Shown here: positions 8,995-18,505 of the stretch, in pieces | Position numbering within the stretch: position 1 is the stretch's first letter | How the letters are laid out: every line of letters begins with the position of its first letter | Virus record (IMG/VR): IMGVR_UViG_3300021375_000006 | Direction: 5' to 3' (one strand) | Source of the DNA: a virus | Taxonomy: Duplodnaviria; Caudoviricetes | DNA: 64,000 bases | Translations under genes and position numbers: made by a program | Notes under the pieces: model-generated | The model's input: the letters and a program-made list of their open reading frames with translations, nothing else | Databases searched by the model: none | Told to the model about the DNA's origin: nothing

Positions 8995-11076
8995 TTATAG
9001 TGTTTCAATTTGGTTATCCTTCATCCACGCCTCTAGCTTCTCAACAGCTGCGTTAAATATTCTGCTTCTAGAAGTTTCCATACCGAAGTTATTGAAGTAT
9101 TCTTTCATTAGATAATAAGCTGGTTCGATTGACTCGCCGTTCGCTTGCATATCTCTAATATGTTTACTAACTTCTAGTGCAGCCATCGCACCTTGCCAAA
9201 AGAACATAGTGTAACCAGTTATATCATTCCAGAATCTTTGAATAAATTTGTAACCCATTTCACCGAACTCTTTCTTACCTTTATTATCATAAGCATACAG
9301 TTCAGATCTAGTCTTGTTGTCGAAAGACCCTAACCAAATAGACATATAGTGGTGTTCACCTTTATAGACTTTATCCATAAAACCACCATCAATAATCTCT
9401 TTTGATTTTACTTTAATCCATTTTGGAAATTTAATCTTACCGTTCTCTTTAACCCAATTGTCATACTCATAAGAGCCTAGGCTTTCGTTAACTACTGATT
9501 CACTAAATAGAGTTTCTCCAGTACTAGACTCAATACTTATTACAGCATTAGGATATTCTTTCTGTAATTCATTAAATACTGCAGGAACTGCTGCTGGAGT
9601 TTTTACTAACTCTTGTTTAACAACCATACCACTATTAATTACTACAATACTTACAGGATAACTTCCTTTCTTTGCAGCTTTATGGATTGCACCTCTTTTA
9701 GCTTCATGCAGTGGTTTAATGTATTTCATTTGTTTTGACTCTTTCATAGCGTCTATTTCTTTTGATTTTTCAATTGCCCAATCAACACCTTCGTCGCCAC
9801 CCCAGATTAACCAGGCTACATAGCCATTATCTTTCCAAGGTTCGTCTTTATGTTCTGGTGCAATTGATGAATTTTTTCTGTGTCTATTAAATGCAGACAT
9901 TCTCTTTACAGTATCTGCTGAGATCTTTTCACCTTTAGCTAGTTGATGAGCTCTTGCCCAACCAACCGGAGTTCCAGCAGGTACTTCATCTCTACCATAC
10001 TTCTCTTTCCAATCAATAGCCATTTGTGCATTCTTCTTTGCAGCGGCTGGATAATCATCATAAGAGTCTTCTTCGTTTAATACAGATTCTTTAAGATCCA
10101 TATCAAGTTCTTTACTAATTTTCTTTAGATCTTTATCATTATCGTAGAATACTTTGACCCATTCAGGCTGTTGACTCTGAGGTCTCGATACAGGTATATA
10201 GTTAATTTGAACATACTTGTCACCTCTTCTAGTTTGACCATACTCAACACCTAAATGCTGATAAACCTTTTTCTTTTCAAGGCTATCTTTAGCATTATCT
10301 AAATAATCACTATCTATAGACTCTGGTAAAGGTATTGAATCTTCGTATCTTAGTTTTCTATATAGTTGATTAGATAGAATATAGTTACTAGCGAAATCTT
10401 CTAGCTCTTTTTCACTACCAAACCTATGACCACCTTTATCAATATCATGTCCTTTATAGTAAAGGTTGTAATGAGCACCTCTTGAATCCTCTTTAGTTTT
10501 AAGATAGACTATCTCATCATTACCAATATATTTCTTTGGCATCTTAGCTTCATTAACAGATTCTTTAATAATGTTATCTAAAACTAGTGAATGATAAATG
10601 TCAGAACCTACACCACTTAGATCTTCACTGCCTAAATGTTTATTACCATACTTCTTAATGTAATTATCCTCTAGGTATTCAATCTTTTCGTCTTTAGACA
10701 TTCTATTAATCTTGGCTCTATTCTTGTAAACCCATTTCTGAAATTCTAAAAGGAAAAAAGAATTGTAAAGAGGCTCTTGTAAACTCTCATCCATTTTATC
10801 AATTAGGTCTTGTCTACCTAATTGTTTATAGACTTCTTTTCTTACCTTCTCCATTTTCTCTGCGTACTTAGGATCGTCACCTCTATTAAAAACTATTTGT
10901 TGAGTTAAAGAACCACTAATCTTCTTTACATCTTTCTTTCTGGTCTTAATTAACCATGCTGCAAGATCCTTGATACCCAGGTCTTTAAATCTACCTTCGG
11001 CATCAGGAGCATCCGAGTGATGAAACTCAGGAGCGCCTTTCGGCTTCTTTTCGTTAAGTGGTTTTATGTGCCTCAT
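8995..11076 (-). CDS. modular putative internal head polyprotein
   Basis: MRHIKPLNE start, internal MKYIKPLHE, many xxES/xNE junctions; SYDDYP...VAWLIWGGDEG phage domain. Confidence 0.7.
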   Translation of the reverse strand: MRHIKPLNEKKPKGAPEFHHSDAPDAEGRFKDLGIKDLAAWLIKTRKKDVKKISGSLTQQIVFNRGDDPKYAEKMEKVRKEVYKQLGRQDLIDKMDESLQEPLYNSFFLLEFQKWVYKNRAKINRMSKDEKIEYLEDNYIKKYGNKHLGSEDLSGVGSDIYHSLVLDNIIKESVNEAKMPKKYIGNDEIVYLKTKEDSRGAHYNLYYKGHDIDKGGHRFGSEKELEDFASNYILSNQLYRKLRYEDSIPLPESIDSDYLDNAKDSLEKKKVYQHLGVEYGQTRRGDKYVQINYIPVSRPQSQQPEWVKVFYDNDKDLKKISKELDMDLKESVLNEEDSYDDYPAAAKKNAQMAIDWKEKYGRDEVPAGTPVGWARAHQLAKGEKISADTVKRMSAFNRHRKNSSIAPEHKDEPWKDNGYVAWLIWGGDEGVDWAIEKSKEIDAMKESKQMKYIKPLHEAKRGAIHKAAKKGSYPVSIVVINSGMVVKQELVKTPAAVPAVFNELQKEYPNAVISIESSTGETLFSESVVNESLGSYEYDNWVKENGKIKFPKWIKVKSKEIIDGGFMDKVYKGEHHYMSIWLGSFDNKTRSELYAYDNKGKKEFGEMGYKFIQRFWNDITGYTMFFWQGAMAALEVSKHIRDMQANGESIEPAYYLMKEYFNNFGMETSRSRIFNAAVEKLEAWMKDNQIETL

Positions 11077-11079
11077 ATT

Positions 11080-12099
11080 CTATTTATCTAACTTAAATCC
11101 TAATTGTTTTGCGCGAGCTGTCCATTTGACCAAGACCTCTTCTCTTTCTTTAGATGTGATCTCTCCCATCTCTTCTTTTTGGTCTAAATATCTATTTACA
11201 GCATCAATAGTTTTTTCTTTACGTTTCTTAGCTTCAAACCTTAAGCCTTGTAGATTTGCATCTACCTCTTTAGGTAATAATAAGTAATGCATTTTAGATA
11301 GCATACCTGAATTAATCATAGCCCTCATCATATCATCTGGTTCATTAGGCTTACCCTTTCTATAGTTACCAATATCAATACCATCTTGAGTAATATGTTC
11401 GATCTCATGTCTTAGAACATCTGCTAAATGAAAGTAAATATCTGACCAATACGTAGGTAACCAATCTGGGTTACAAGCAAAGTCTACATTAATAAATGGA
11501 TCTTGCCAATCACCTTCATCATCTTCATCTCTACCATCTGCGCCAGTAGAATTTAGGACTTCGAAACCTTTACCTTTAAAATAGATAGAACAGTTTAAGT
11601 CAAATGTTAGACCAGGATTCTGTACTTCAAACGAAAAGTTAGAAGACTTCTTACCTCTCTCAAAATCTAAGACCCATTGTCTAAAACAATCACCTAGTAA
11701 TTTATTAGAGATAGAATCCAGTTTGGTATATCTTTCAAATACCTTAGACTCCATTACAAATTTATTATGTTCTAATACAAATGCAGCTGCAGTCTTTTCA
11801 CCCATTCTTAACATTCTCGCTGCTCTAGAATAACCATCTAGTAATTGACCTTTATATACAACTAATTCTTGGTATAGGTCATCACCACTAACTTCATACT
11901 CATCATAACGCTCTTCGCCAGATTTATAGTAGTCTTTAAAGTCTCTATCTTTTAATAGATCTTTTAACTTAATAGGTTTATTCTTCCAGCCATCATTAGG
12001 TAGAATATACTTGTTAATAAAATAATCAGGCACATCAGATTCTTCTGGAGTGATATACTCAATATGATCTGCCACCTCTTTTCCAGTGAATGTATTCAT
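11080..12099 (-). CDS. ParB/Srx-like N-domain fused to HExxH zinc metallopeptidase-like domain
   Basis: LLDGYSRAA; LRHEIEHITQ and downstream EVDA. Confidence 0.6.
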   Translation of the reverse strand: MNTFTGKEVADHIEYITPEESDVPDYFINKYILPNDGWKNKPIKLKDLLKDRDFKDYYKSGEERYDEYEVSGDDLYQELVVYKGQLLDGYSRAARMLRMGEKTAAAFVLEHNKFVMESKVFERYTKLDSISNKLLGDCFRQWVLDFERGKKSSNFSFEVQNPGLTFDLNCSIYFKGKGFEVLNSTGADGRDEDDEGDWQDPFINVDFACNPDWLPTYWSDIYFHLADVLRHEIEHITQDGIDIGNYRKGKPNEPDDMMRAMINSGMLSKMHYLLLPKEVDANLQGLRFEAKKRKEKTIDAVNRYLDQKEEMGEITSKEREEVLVKWTARAKQLGFKLDK

Positions 12100-12111
12100 T
12101 TATTATATATC

Positions 12112-12144
12112 ACAAAAAAAGAGGACCCAATATTGGGTCCTCTT
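12112..12144 (-). terminator. intrinsic terminator (perfect 26-bp palindrome)
   Basis: AAGAGGACCCAATATTGGGTCCTCTT plus T run. Confidence 0.8.
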
Positions 12145-12177
12145 GCTCCTTAGTTATCTATGTCTAGCCTAAATAAA

Positions 12178-12426
12178 TTAACTATTAATGGAGCCTTCTT
12201 GAGCTACGTTCGATACGCCTTCTCCAGTTTGAATGAAGATTTCGTCTAACGCTTCTAAGCAATCATTTGCGTTAGCTACTTTTTCTACGAGTGTTGCCAT
12301 CTCTTCGATAATTTGCGGGTGTTCTCCGATTCCGACTGCGTTCTTCACGTATACCTCAAGTGTTGCGATTGCTTCAAGTTTTTCAGCTTGATACTTTGCT
12401 CTTAGAGCGTCTACTTTCAAGTCCAT
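12178..12426 (-). CDS. hypothetical phage protein
   Basis: 82-aa ORF followed by terminator. Confidence 0.75.
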   Translation of the reverse strand: MDLKVDALRAKYQAEKLEAIATLEVYVKNAVGIGEHPQIIEEMATLVEKVANANDCLEALDEIFIQTGEGVSNVAQEGSINS

Positions 12427-12428
12427 AT

Positions 12429-12641
12429 TTAATTTTTAGAATTTAATTTAATTTCATTGATAATGTTTTGAACTCCAGTGAAAATGATTCCAAAACCAAG
12501 TACTATCCAAAATTGAGGCTTTCCAATGTAAAGGAATGATGCGAACATCCATAATAGTCCGATAACATAGAACCATTGATTTAAAATTGAAGTTAATACT
12601 AGGTTTAATCCTGCTTTTAATGTGTTTAAAACTTTTGTCAT
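12429..12641 (-). CDS. small membrane protein
   Basis: two hydrophobic segments. Confidence 0.65.
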   Translation of the reverse strand: MTKVLNTLKAGLNLVLTSILNQWFYVIGLLWMFASFLYIGKPQFWIVLGFGIIFTGVQNIINEIKLNSKN

Positions 12642-12658
12642 GAATAATTATTTAAGGG

Positions 12659-13582
12659 TTATACTAGCTCGTTAATGAATTGTTTCATATATTTTTGAAC
12701 TGCCAATTCTTTTGCCTTTGCTTCTAGTTCAATATCTAGAGTTAGGCCATAAGTATTAATATGTTCGTAAATATAGTCTGCATGTGCTCGAGCCATCACA
12801 CTTGCATCCTCGTGAATTTGTTTACAAGATGAATAGTGACACAATTGCTTGACGCCTTTAGGCCAAGTAGTCGAAGCCATCTTGAGAGCCTCTTCTTGTG
12901 TTAGTTCACCAGGGTGACACCAGTGGTGATGATAATCAAATGTAATAGGAATACCAATCTTACTGTGAATACCTTGATAAAGATCTTCGACAGCATATTG
13001 CTTTTGTTTGTCGTCATTTTCTACTACAAGTCTAGTTTTGACAGAGGGATCTAATTCATGGAATGCATCGACAAACCTTTGCATTGCTTCATCTTTACCT
13101 CCTTGTGTAGTATTGACGTGAATATTGATCGCAGCATAGGGAGTACGCGGTAGACCCATAAGGTCAAATATTTCACCGTGCTTGTTAAGATCAGCAATAG
13201 ATTTGGTGACAACGTTTTCATTTTTAGATGCGAGGACATCGAATGGTCCAGGGTGGAATGTAATCCTCTGACCGTACTCCCTAGCTAGATCGCCACAGTC
13301 TTCTAGAATAGTTCTGATAATTCTAAAGTCTTTTAGATCTGAGATATTATACTCTGACATCCACGGCATAATATCTGAAGACATACGATAAAGCTTGATA
13401 CCATTGGCTTCATTCCATTTGATAATCTCACGTAGATCTCGTACGTTCTGTACAATAAGTTCTGATGCGTAGTCCATGCCTTTGGCTTGGAATGTACGTT
13501 TAATCATGGAACGATTTGTAGTAATACTGGGCTTTTGTTGTCTGAGTTGCATATTGATGCAACAATATCCGTAGTTTGTCAT
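12659..13582 (-). CDS. uvsE: UV DNA damage endonuclease (UvsE/UvdE)
   Basis: YGYCCIN, YRMSS, TFHPGPF, INIHV, VVENDD, TFDYHHH, HADY, LEAKAKE; start moved to MTNYG because promoter -10 overlaps the upstream ATG. Confidence 0.93.
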   Translation of the reverse strand: MTNYGYCCINMQLRQQKPSITTNRSMIKRTFQAKGMDYASELIVQNVRDLREIIKWNEANGIKLYRMSSDIMPWMSEYNISDLKDFRIIRTILEDCGDLAREYGQRITFHPGPFDVLASKNENVVTKSIADLNKHGEIFDLMGLPRTPYAAINIHVNTTQGGKDEAMQRFVDAFHELDPSVKTRLVVENDDKQKQYAVEDLYQGIHSKIGIPITFDYHHHWCHPGELTQEEALKMASTTWPKGVKQLCHYSSCKQIHEDASVMARAHADYIYEHINTYGLTLDIELEAKAKELAVQKYMKQFINELV

Positions 13583-13609
13583 AAGGCTAGATTTATTCAT
13601 TATATGTGG

Positions 13610-14197
13610 TTATTGGTAATTGTTCCAATTTAAGAACTCTTCCCATTTGTTTTCTTTTACTAATTTCATCCAAAGATCTACATACTTTCTCTCTTTAGGT
13701 TTAAGTATGTGTCTTGGTTGCTCAGGTATCAGTCGTTGCTGTTTATCAGGGTCAAACTTTTTACCTAAGGTTATCGATTTGATATGGAAGTAAAATTCTC
13801 TAGTTGTACCATCGAACTCTTCCATCTCTTCTTGAATTAGCTCTTGACCAATACCAAATTCTTTATCTAATTCTTCTCTTAATTTATAGAGTAGTTTATG
13901 TTCAGCTTCAAGATGAGCTTTCATCATCAAGTTCTGTCTCTTTCTGTATTGTTTTCTTTCTGGTTGGATTTGTTCTAAGTAAGATTCTTCAGTTAGCCAA
14001 GGCTTTTCTTTTTTAAGAGCCTTCTCTTTTTGCTCAAAGATTAGTTCTTCTAACATATACTCTCTACCGAGATTGTCTACTTCATATTCACCGAACTCAA
14101 TTCTCTGTTGCAATTCACTAGCAGCCTTGTACATCATTTGCTTAGGCATCTTTCTTACGCCCCAGAATCTACGCCACCATGTAAATTGCCTACTCAT
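13610..14197 (-). CDS. hypothetical protein
   Basis: 195-aa ORF. Confidence 0.75.
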   Translation of the reverse strand: MSRQFTWWRRFWGVRKMPKQMMYKAASELQQRIEFGEYEVDNLGREYMLEELIFEQKEKALKKEKPWLTEESYLEQIQPERKQYRKRQNLMMKAHLEAEHKLLYKLREELDKEFGIGQELIQEEMEEFDGTTREFYFHIKSITLGKKFDPDKQQRLIPEQPRHILKPKERKYVDLWMKLVKENKWEEFLNWNNYQ

Positions 14198-14424
14198 TCT
14201 ACTTCGTATAAATCTAAGTTACTTTCAACCATAAAACGATTGAATTCCTCTCTTACACCTTCATAGACTCTAAGTTGTTCTTTTGAGAGGGACTCATCGT
14301 ACTTAATATGTTTACGAAGGTATTGGTCCATCTGCCAACAAACGTGTTTCCAATCACCACCTTTAATAGCGTTGTTGAATTCGGGTTGGTCTTCCGGAAG
14401 ATTAAACTCTAAGATTGCTTTCAT
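14194..14424 (-). CDS. hypothetical phage protein (MKAILEFNLPED type)
   Basis: 76-aa ORF with ATGA overlaps. Confidence 0.75.
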   Translation of the reverse strand: MKAILEFNLPEDQPEFNNAIKGGDWKHVCWQMDQYLRKHIKYDESLSKEQLRVYEGVREEFNRFMVESNLDLYEVE

Positions 14425-15041
14425 TTCTCTTTTGTTTTAAAAGTTTCTTCTAACTGTTTTTCTAATCGTTCAATACTGCCCCAAATAATATCTGCATTTG
14501 GATCGATCTCTTTGATTTGCTCAACCAATTCTTTTTGGCGACCTCGACTATAAAATTCATCTTCAATAGCACTTGCTAATTCTTGTAGGTGTTCTGGTGC
14601 ATGAATACTAATTCGTAAATCATAATCAGACCATTTAGTTTTCCAATCAATAAAAGCAATACCTTTAGTGAGCTTTCGTTCTAGATTGTGTAACCTTCTA
14701 TTACGAACTCTAACAATACTTCTATCACTACCGAATACATGTAGAAAACGTAAAAACCATCTTGGACACCATTTTGGTTTGGCTTCATAATCTAATGCTA
14801 ATACCAAAGGATATAGTGCTTTAAAGTAAACACTATCCTCATTCCAAACTGAAGTTCCTAAATAACCATACTTCTCAGCAAAATCTTTAGGAAAGAAGAT
14901 ATAGCGAAGATCACTCCATTCTAAACTACGAGTGTGAATCATACCTTTCTTACGACCCTTCCAAAATAAAAATGAGTATTTCAGACTTGTTAGTCGCTCT
15001 TTAAATGTTGGAGGTGTATAGAATTTATTGCTACGTTTCAT
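14421..15041 (-). CDS. hypothetical protein
   Basis: 206-aa ORF. Confidence 0.75.
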   Translation of the reverse strand: MKRSNKFYTPPTFKERLTSLKYSFLFWKGRKKGMIHTRSLEWSDLRYIFFPKDFAEKYGYLGTSVWNEDSVYFKALYPLVLALDYEAKPKWCPRWFLRFLHVFGSDRSIVRVRNRRLHNLERKLTKGIAFIDWKTKWSDYDLRISIHAPEHLQELASAIEDEFYSRGRQKELVEQIKEIDPNADIIWGSIERLEKQLEETFKTKEK

Positions 15042-15047
15042 ATTGTT

Positions 15048-15236
15048 TTAAATTCGATCTAGTTCTGCAATTAATTCATCGATAGAACCAACTGCTAATT
15101 CACATTCATGGGCTTCGCTGCCTCCGTCCTCAATTTCGTCCTGTGCTAGGAAGAATAGGTCTCTAACTTCGTCGTCAAGTTGTGGGTATTGTTTTGAAAC
15201 CTCTTCTGCGTACTTTTTAAGATCTGATAATGTCAT
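15048..15236 (-). CDS. hypothetical acidic protein
   Basis: 62-aa ORF directly after class II promoter. Confidence 0.7.
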   Translation of the reverse strand: MTLSDLKKYAEEVSKQYPQLDDEVRDLFFLAQDEIEDGGSEAHECELAVGSIDELIAELDRI

Positions 15237-15265
15237 ATAGTTTATAGTTTAAAGTTATTAATTGT

Positions 15266-15514
15266 TTATGGTCTGAATCTGCCTAGGTGGCTATTGAATT
15301 CATCTTCTTCAATTTTGCGCTGGCGCTCTGTTGCTTCGCGTGCGTCTGCCCAATCATCTGCAAATTTGCACATAATCTTCTTCTCTTCGTCTAGGAATGT
15401 TCTTGCAATAGCAATCGCGTATTCCATGCCTTGCCAAACCTCCTTTGGACTACTTTCTAATTCTTCTTGCATTGCCTCTATTAACAATGCGACTGGTGTT
15501 TGTCTTTTACTCAT
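15266..15514 (-). CDS. hypothetical protein
   Basis: 82-aa ORF. Confidence 0.7.
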   Translation of the reverse strand: MSKRQTPVALLIEAMQEELESSPKEVWQGMEYAIAIARTFLDEEKKIMCKFADDWADAREATERQRKIEEDEFNSHLGRFRP

Positions 15515-16028
15515 AAGCTGCGGGTGATGTTAGACCAGAATATGCACAGTATTCTTTCTCGCTGTCATAAACTAGTGTTGCGTTAAACGTTTCGATTAAT
15601 TTCTTTTCATTAAATCCTGCGTGACCGTGGATTGATTTGCCTCCAGTCGCTTTAGCTTCTAGAACTGGCATGATAACATCAGTCGGTACTTCGTAGATTT
15701 TCTTGATAGTAACTCCATCTCTGACGGCAAAGTACATATTATTCGTTTGCGCGTACTTTTCGATTTTGTTCTTTGATAGCCAATGGAACTGGAAAGTACC
15801 AGATTTACCCTTGTTTCTCATGTTGATTGCCTTATACTCTGTGGGCGTTTTAGTGGCATCTAAGGCATCGCCACCCTGAGTATTATTACCATACTCGTGA
15901 CCTAAATGATTAGCCATAAACATCTCTACGAACCTCTCATTATAGAATATGTTGTCAAGTCCTAGTTCGTCTTTGGCGATCTGTTCTGCCTCTTGCAGAA
16001 GTGATTGTATTTGTTGTATTGCTTTCAT
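15507..16028 (-). CDS. PvuII-like type II restriction endonuclease homolog (orphan)
   Basis: GLDNIF, GGDALDATKTPTEYKAIN (D...ExK), IEKY, FAVRDGVTIKKIY parallel recalled R.PvuII segments GINDIF, GNDAVDNAGQEYELKSIN, IAKY, FAIYRGIAIEAIY. Confidence 0.65.
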   Translation of the reverse strand: MKAIQQIQSLLQEAEQIAKDELGLDNIFYNERFVEMFMANHLGHEYGNNTQGGDALDATKTPTEYKAINMRNKGKSGTFQFHWLSKNKIEKYAQTNNMYFAVRDGVTIKKIYEVPTDVIMPVLEAKATGGKSIHGHAGFNEKKLIETFNATLVYDSEKEYCAYSGLTSPAAYE

Positions 16029-16058
16029 ATTAATATAATTACATGCTTTTTTTAAAAC

Positions 16059-16271
16059 TTACAAACTATGGCCAATTTTTTCATGTAATCTTTTCATGTG
16101 CTTACATGGAGAGTATGACCTGAAACTTCTTGCCGGACATTCACAGTCCACAATTTTGTAATCCGTCACTTTGACGTTATAGTATTTGAGCTTTCTAGTC
16201 TTCTTGTCTCTGGAACCCATTTCTCTGTAGTACCACGATGTACCTTTTGGATGTGTGTAGAAATCTGTCAT
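16059..16271 (-). CDS. SWIM zinc-finger protein
   Basis: CECP...PCKH (CxC-xn-CxH). Confidence 0.8.
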   Translation of the reverse strand: MTDFYTHPKGTSWYYREMGSRDKKTRKLKYYNVKVTDYKIVDCECPARSFRSYSPCKHMKRLHEKIGHSL

Positions 16272-16573
16272 TACGCTTCTACTCTATCGTGAACAGGAAT
16301 CGGCGCATCGCCAGGGAATCTTGAATCTGAAGTGTAAACGAAGTTACCACCCATCATAGAATGAGTATTAGATTTTACAAGTGATGCAGGTTTTGCATAC
16401 CAAGCAGGTTTACCAAACAAATTTCTTTTGATTAAGACGAGTGAATCGTTTGGAATAGAATCCAAATCGTCAGTATCAAAATAAAGATCGAAGTTATCAC
16501 CTACTGAAGTCAAACCATTGTTAGTACAGTCTCCGAGTGGGTGTCTAAATGGGAAAGTTAAAATTTTGTTCAT
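16271..16573 (-). CDS. hypothetical phage protein
   Basis: 100-aa ORF (MMGGNFVYTSDSRF...PIPVHDR) behind class I promoter. Confidence 0.75.
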   Translation of the reverse strand: MNKILTFPFRHPLGDCTNNGLTSVGDNFDLYFDTDDLDSIPNDSLVLIKRNLFGKPAWYAKPASLVKSNTHSMMGGNFVYTSDSRFPGDAPIPVHDRVEA

Positions 16574-16583
16574 TATTGTATCG

Positions 16584-16639
16584 TTTTAATTACAGTACTA
16601 ATATACGAAAAAAAAGTGACATAAAAAAATTCTATGGCA
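16584..16639 (-). promoter_or_regulatory. class I (putative early) promoter, copy 1
   Basis: near-identical ~55-bp element also at 17135, 18328, 24537. Confidence 0.75.
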
Positions 16640-16666
16640 CTTTTTTTGTTAAAGTTATTAACAATT

Positions 16667-17125
16667 TTAGAAATCACCAGGAGCAACTTGCATACAAGTT
16701 AATCCATTATCTCTCCACATATCGACTACTTTCTGTCTGTCATCAAAGACACAGATAATATCGTTCTTGTCAGTGAAAAGTTGGTCAAACCACATTTGCT
16801 TAAGCTTGTCATCAGGCATGAACATGAAGTCCTTACTTGTAGGTCTCATCTTCAAAATGTCAAATGGCACATCAAACTTTTTCAACCAAGCTCTAGTAGC
16901 GTCTTTGGTAGCTTTACTTCTACCAGACAAGATGATAATTCTATGGCCAGCAGCTTTAAGAGTCTGAGCCATTGCAATTACACCATGGTTAGGTTGGTCA
17001 AGATCGATGTTCTTAGGATCGAAGAATACATCCCAGTCCATCTTGCCGTTTGGCTTCTTAGAAATCTGTCTCCTATCATCGATAAGAGCAAGAGTTCCGT
17101 CAAGATCAAAAATTACGTTTTTCAT
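16667..17125 (-). CDS. HAD phosphatase, polynucleotide kinase/phosphatase C-terminal type
   Basis: FDLDGTL, LSGR, KMRP, FDDRQKVVDMWR. Confidence 0.88.
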   Translation of the reverse strand: MKNVIFDLDGTLALIDDRRQISKKPNGKMDWDVFFDPKNIDLDQPNHGVIAMAQTLKAAGHRIIILSGRSKATKDATRAWLKKFDVPFDILKMRPTSKDFMFMPDDKLKQMWFDQLFTDKNDIICVFDDRQKVVDMWRDNGLTCMQVAPGDF

Positions 17126-17134
17126 TTACTTTAG

Positions 17135-17190
17135 TTTTAATTACAGTACTAATATACGAAAAATATCTGACATAAAAAAATCTAGAGGCA
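17135..17190 (-). promoter_or_regulatory. class I promoter, copy 2
   Basis: TTATGTCA-N11-CGTATATTAGTACTGTAATTAAAA on coding strand. Confidence 0.75.
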
Positions 17191-17191
17191 A

Positions 17192-17425
17192 TTATTTTGC
17201 CATATAATCTCTAATAGTTTGCATGTGTGTTTCTGCATTTGCCATTTCTTCTAGTGTAAATACATCTAGGTCTTGAAACCACAAGCCATCACCACATTCC
17301 ACAAAGATAACATTATCATCTAACTTCATGACATCATTAACTCGATATACAGTCATATCTTCTACTCTAACTACATGAGTAGTTGAAGCCAACCTCTCTA
17401 TTCTTTCTTCAATCGACAAACTCAT
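17192..17425 (-). CDS. hypothetical protein
   Basis: 77-aa ORF. Confidence 0.65.
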   Translation of the reverse strand: MSLSIEERIERLASTTHVVRVEDMTVYRVNDVMKLDDNVIFVECGDGLWFQDLDVFTLEEMANAETHMQTIRDYMAK

Positions 17426-17657
17426 TAAAAGATCTGTTTTTTAATTTAAGCATTTTTTTAAACTCTGCTAATTGTTTCTCACAGAATTGAGCTTGTCTTT
17501 CAGTCTTTTCAAAATGAGATAAGTATTTCTCTAAGTTAGCTACATAGTTATATGCACCTTCAATTTGTGTTGTATTGTGACATGAACTAATTACCTTTGA
17601 AGTCTTTCTCATTAGATCAAAGATGTAGTCCATATTAGTTTTAAAATTCCAATCCAT
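17409..17657 (-). CDS. hypothetical protein
   Basis: 82-aa ORF. Confidence 0.65.
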   Translation of the reverse strand: MDWNFKTNMDYIFDLMRKTSKVISSCHNTTQIEGAYNYVANLEKYLSHFEKTERQAQFCEKQLAEFKKMLKLKNRSFNEFVD

Positions 17658-17658
17658 T

Positions 17659-18120
17659 TTAGGGTTGTAAATAATTTAATATACTTTTCCAATCTGGAAA
17701 TGAATCACTTCCAAACTGAATTAACTCACCACTGAATTCACCAGCTCCATTCTTAGTTCTATCATCGATGAGGTAGTCGCCCATGTTTAGGTTTTTATTA
17801 TGAGACAGAATAAGTCTCTTGTAAGCTCCTTCACCTAGGTACTTGTCAACCCACAATCTTTTGTGCATCCATGCCGATGGGTTTTCCCATGGCGCAGTAC
17901 TTAAGATGTAGCAATCATATTTGTCTGAGTTGACAAACTTATTGAATGCATCTATTGCACCTTTCATTGGAGGTGGGTCTAAAAAGAGTGCAGGCATCTG
18001 ATCTACTAGATCTAATTCCTCTGCTCTCTTAATTGCTTCTGGAGGGTACTCGGCTATTTTAGCTGCTAGATCTACTAGCACACCATCCATATCAAAATAT
18101 ATTATTTTCTTATTCTCCAT
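17659..18120 (-). CDS. 5'(3')-deoxyribonucleotidase (NT5C, HAD)
   Basis: YFDMDGVLVD, ILSTAPW, LILSHNKNLNMGDYLIDD. Confidence 0.9.
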   Translation of the reverse strand: MENKKIIYFDMDGVLVDLAAKIAEYPPEAIKRAEELDLVDQMPALFLDPPPMKGAIDAFNKFVNSDKYDCYILSTAPWENPSAWMHKRLWVDKYLGEGAYKRLILSHNKNLNMGDYLIDDRTKNGAGEFSGELIQFGSDSFPDWKSILNYLQP

Positions 18121-18319
18121 CCTTTGACTTTATAGTAGCTTTTGTACCTGGAAATAAAATGTAATACAAGAGCATTAAGCCAAACATTTGCCATGGACTA
18201 ACAGGATTAGCCCAAGTAACTGCTTCAGTTAAAACAACATTCCATAAGTAGGTTGCTGTTAAAACAGCCAAAGGTACTGCTAAAAAAATAATTAGTAGTG
18301 GTCCGATTAAATTCTTCAT
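18110..18319 (-). CDS. small membrane protein
   Basis: two TM segments; behind class I promoter. Confidence 0.7.
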   Translation of the reverse strand: MKNLIGPLLIIFLAVPLAVLTATYLWNVVLTEAVTWANPVSPWQMFGLMLLYYILFPGTKATIKSKDGE

Positions 18320-18327
18320 ATATTTAG

Positions 18328-18372
18328 TTTTAATTAGAGTACTAATATAATCAATTTTTCTGACATAGAAAA
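18328..18372 (-). promoter_or_regulatory. class I promoter, copy 3 (diverged)
   Basis: ATGTCA...TATATTAGTACTCTAATTAAAA. Confidence 0.65.
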
Positions 18373-18373
18373 A

Positions 18374-18505
18374 TTATTTAGTACTTTTTTTGTTTGTTTT
18401 CTTTTTCTTTAGGTTTTTTACAACTTCTTCTAACTTACTATGACCAATGCCTTGTTTTGCCATTGCCCTTAATGTTGCTATTGATAGTTGTTTAGGTTTT
18501 TCCAT
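18374..18505 (-). CDS. small basic protein (MEKPKQLS...)
   Basis: internal ATG of ORF 18374-18574 avoids long overlap. Confidence 0.5.
   Translation of the reverse strand: MEKPKQLSIATLRAMAKQGIGHSKLEEVVKNLKKKKTNKKSTK

Noticed and set aside
12119-12144. Perfect 26-bp palindrome as a protein-binding site
   Set aside because: Position after a gene and the T run fit an ordinary intrinsic terminator
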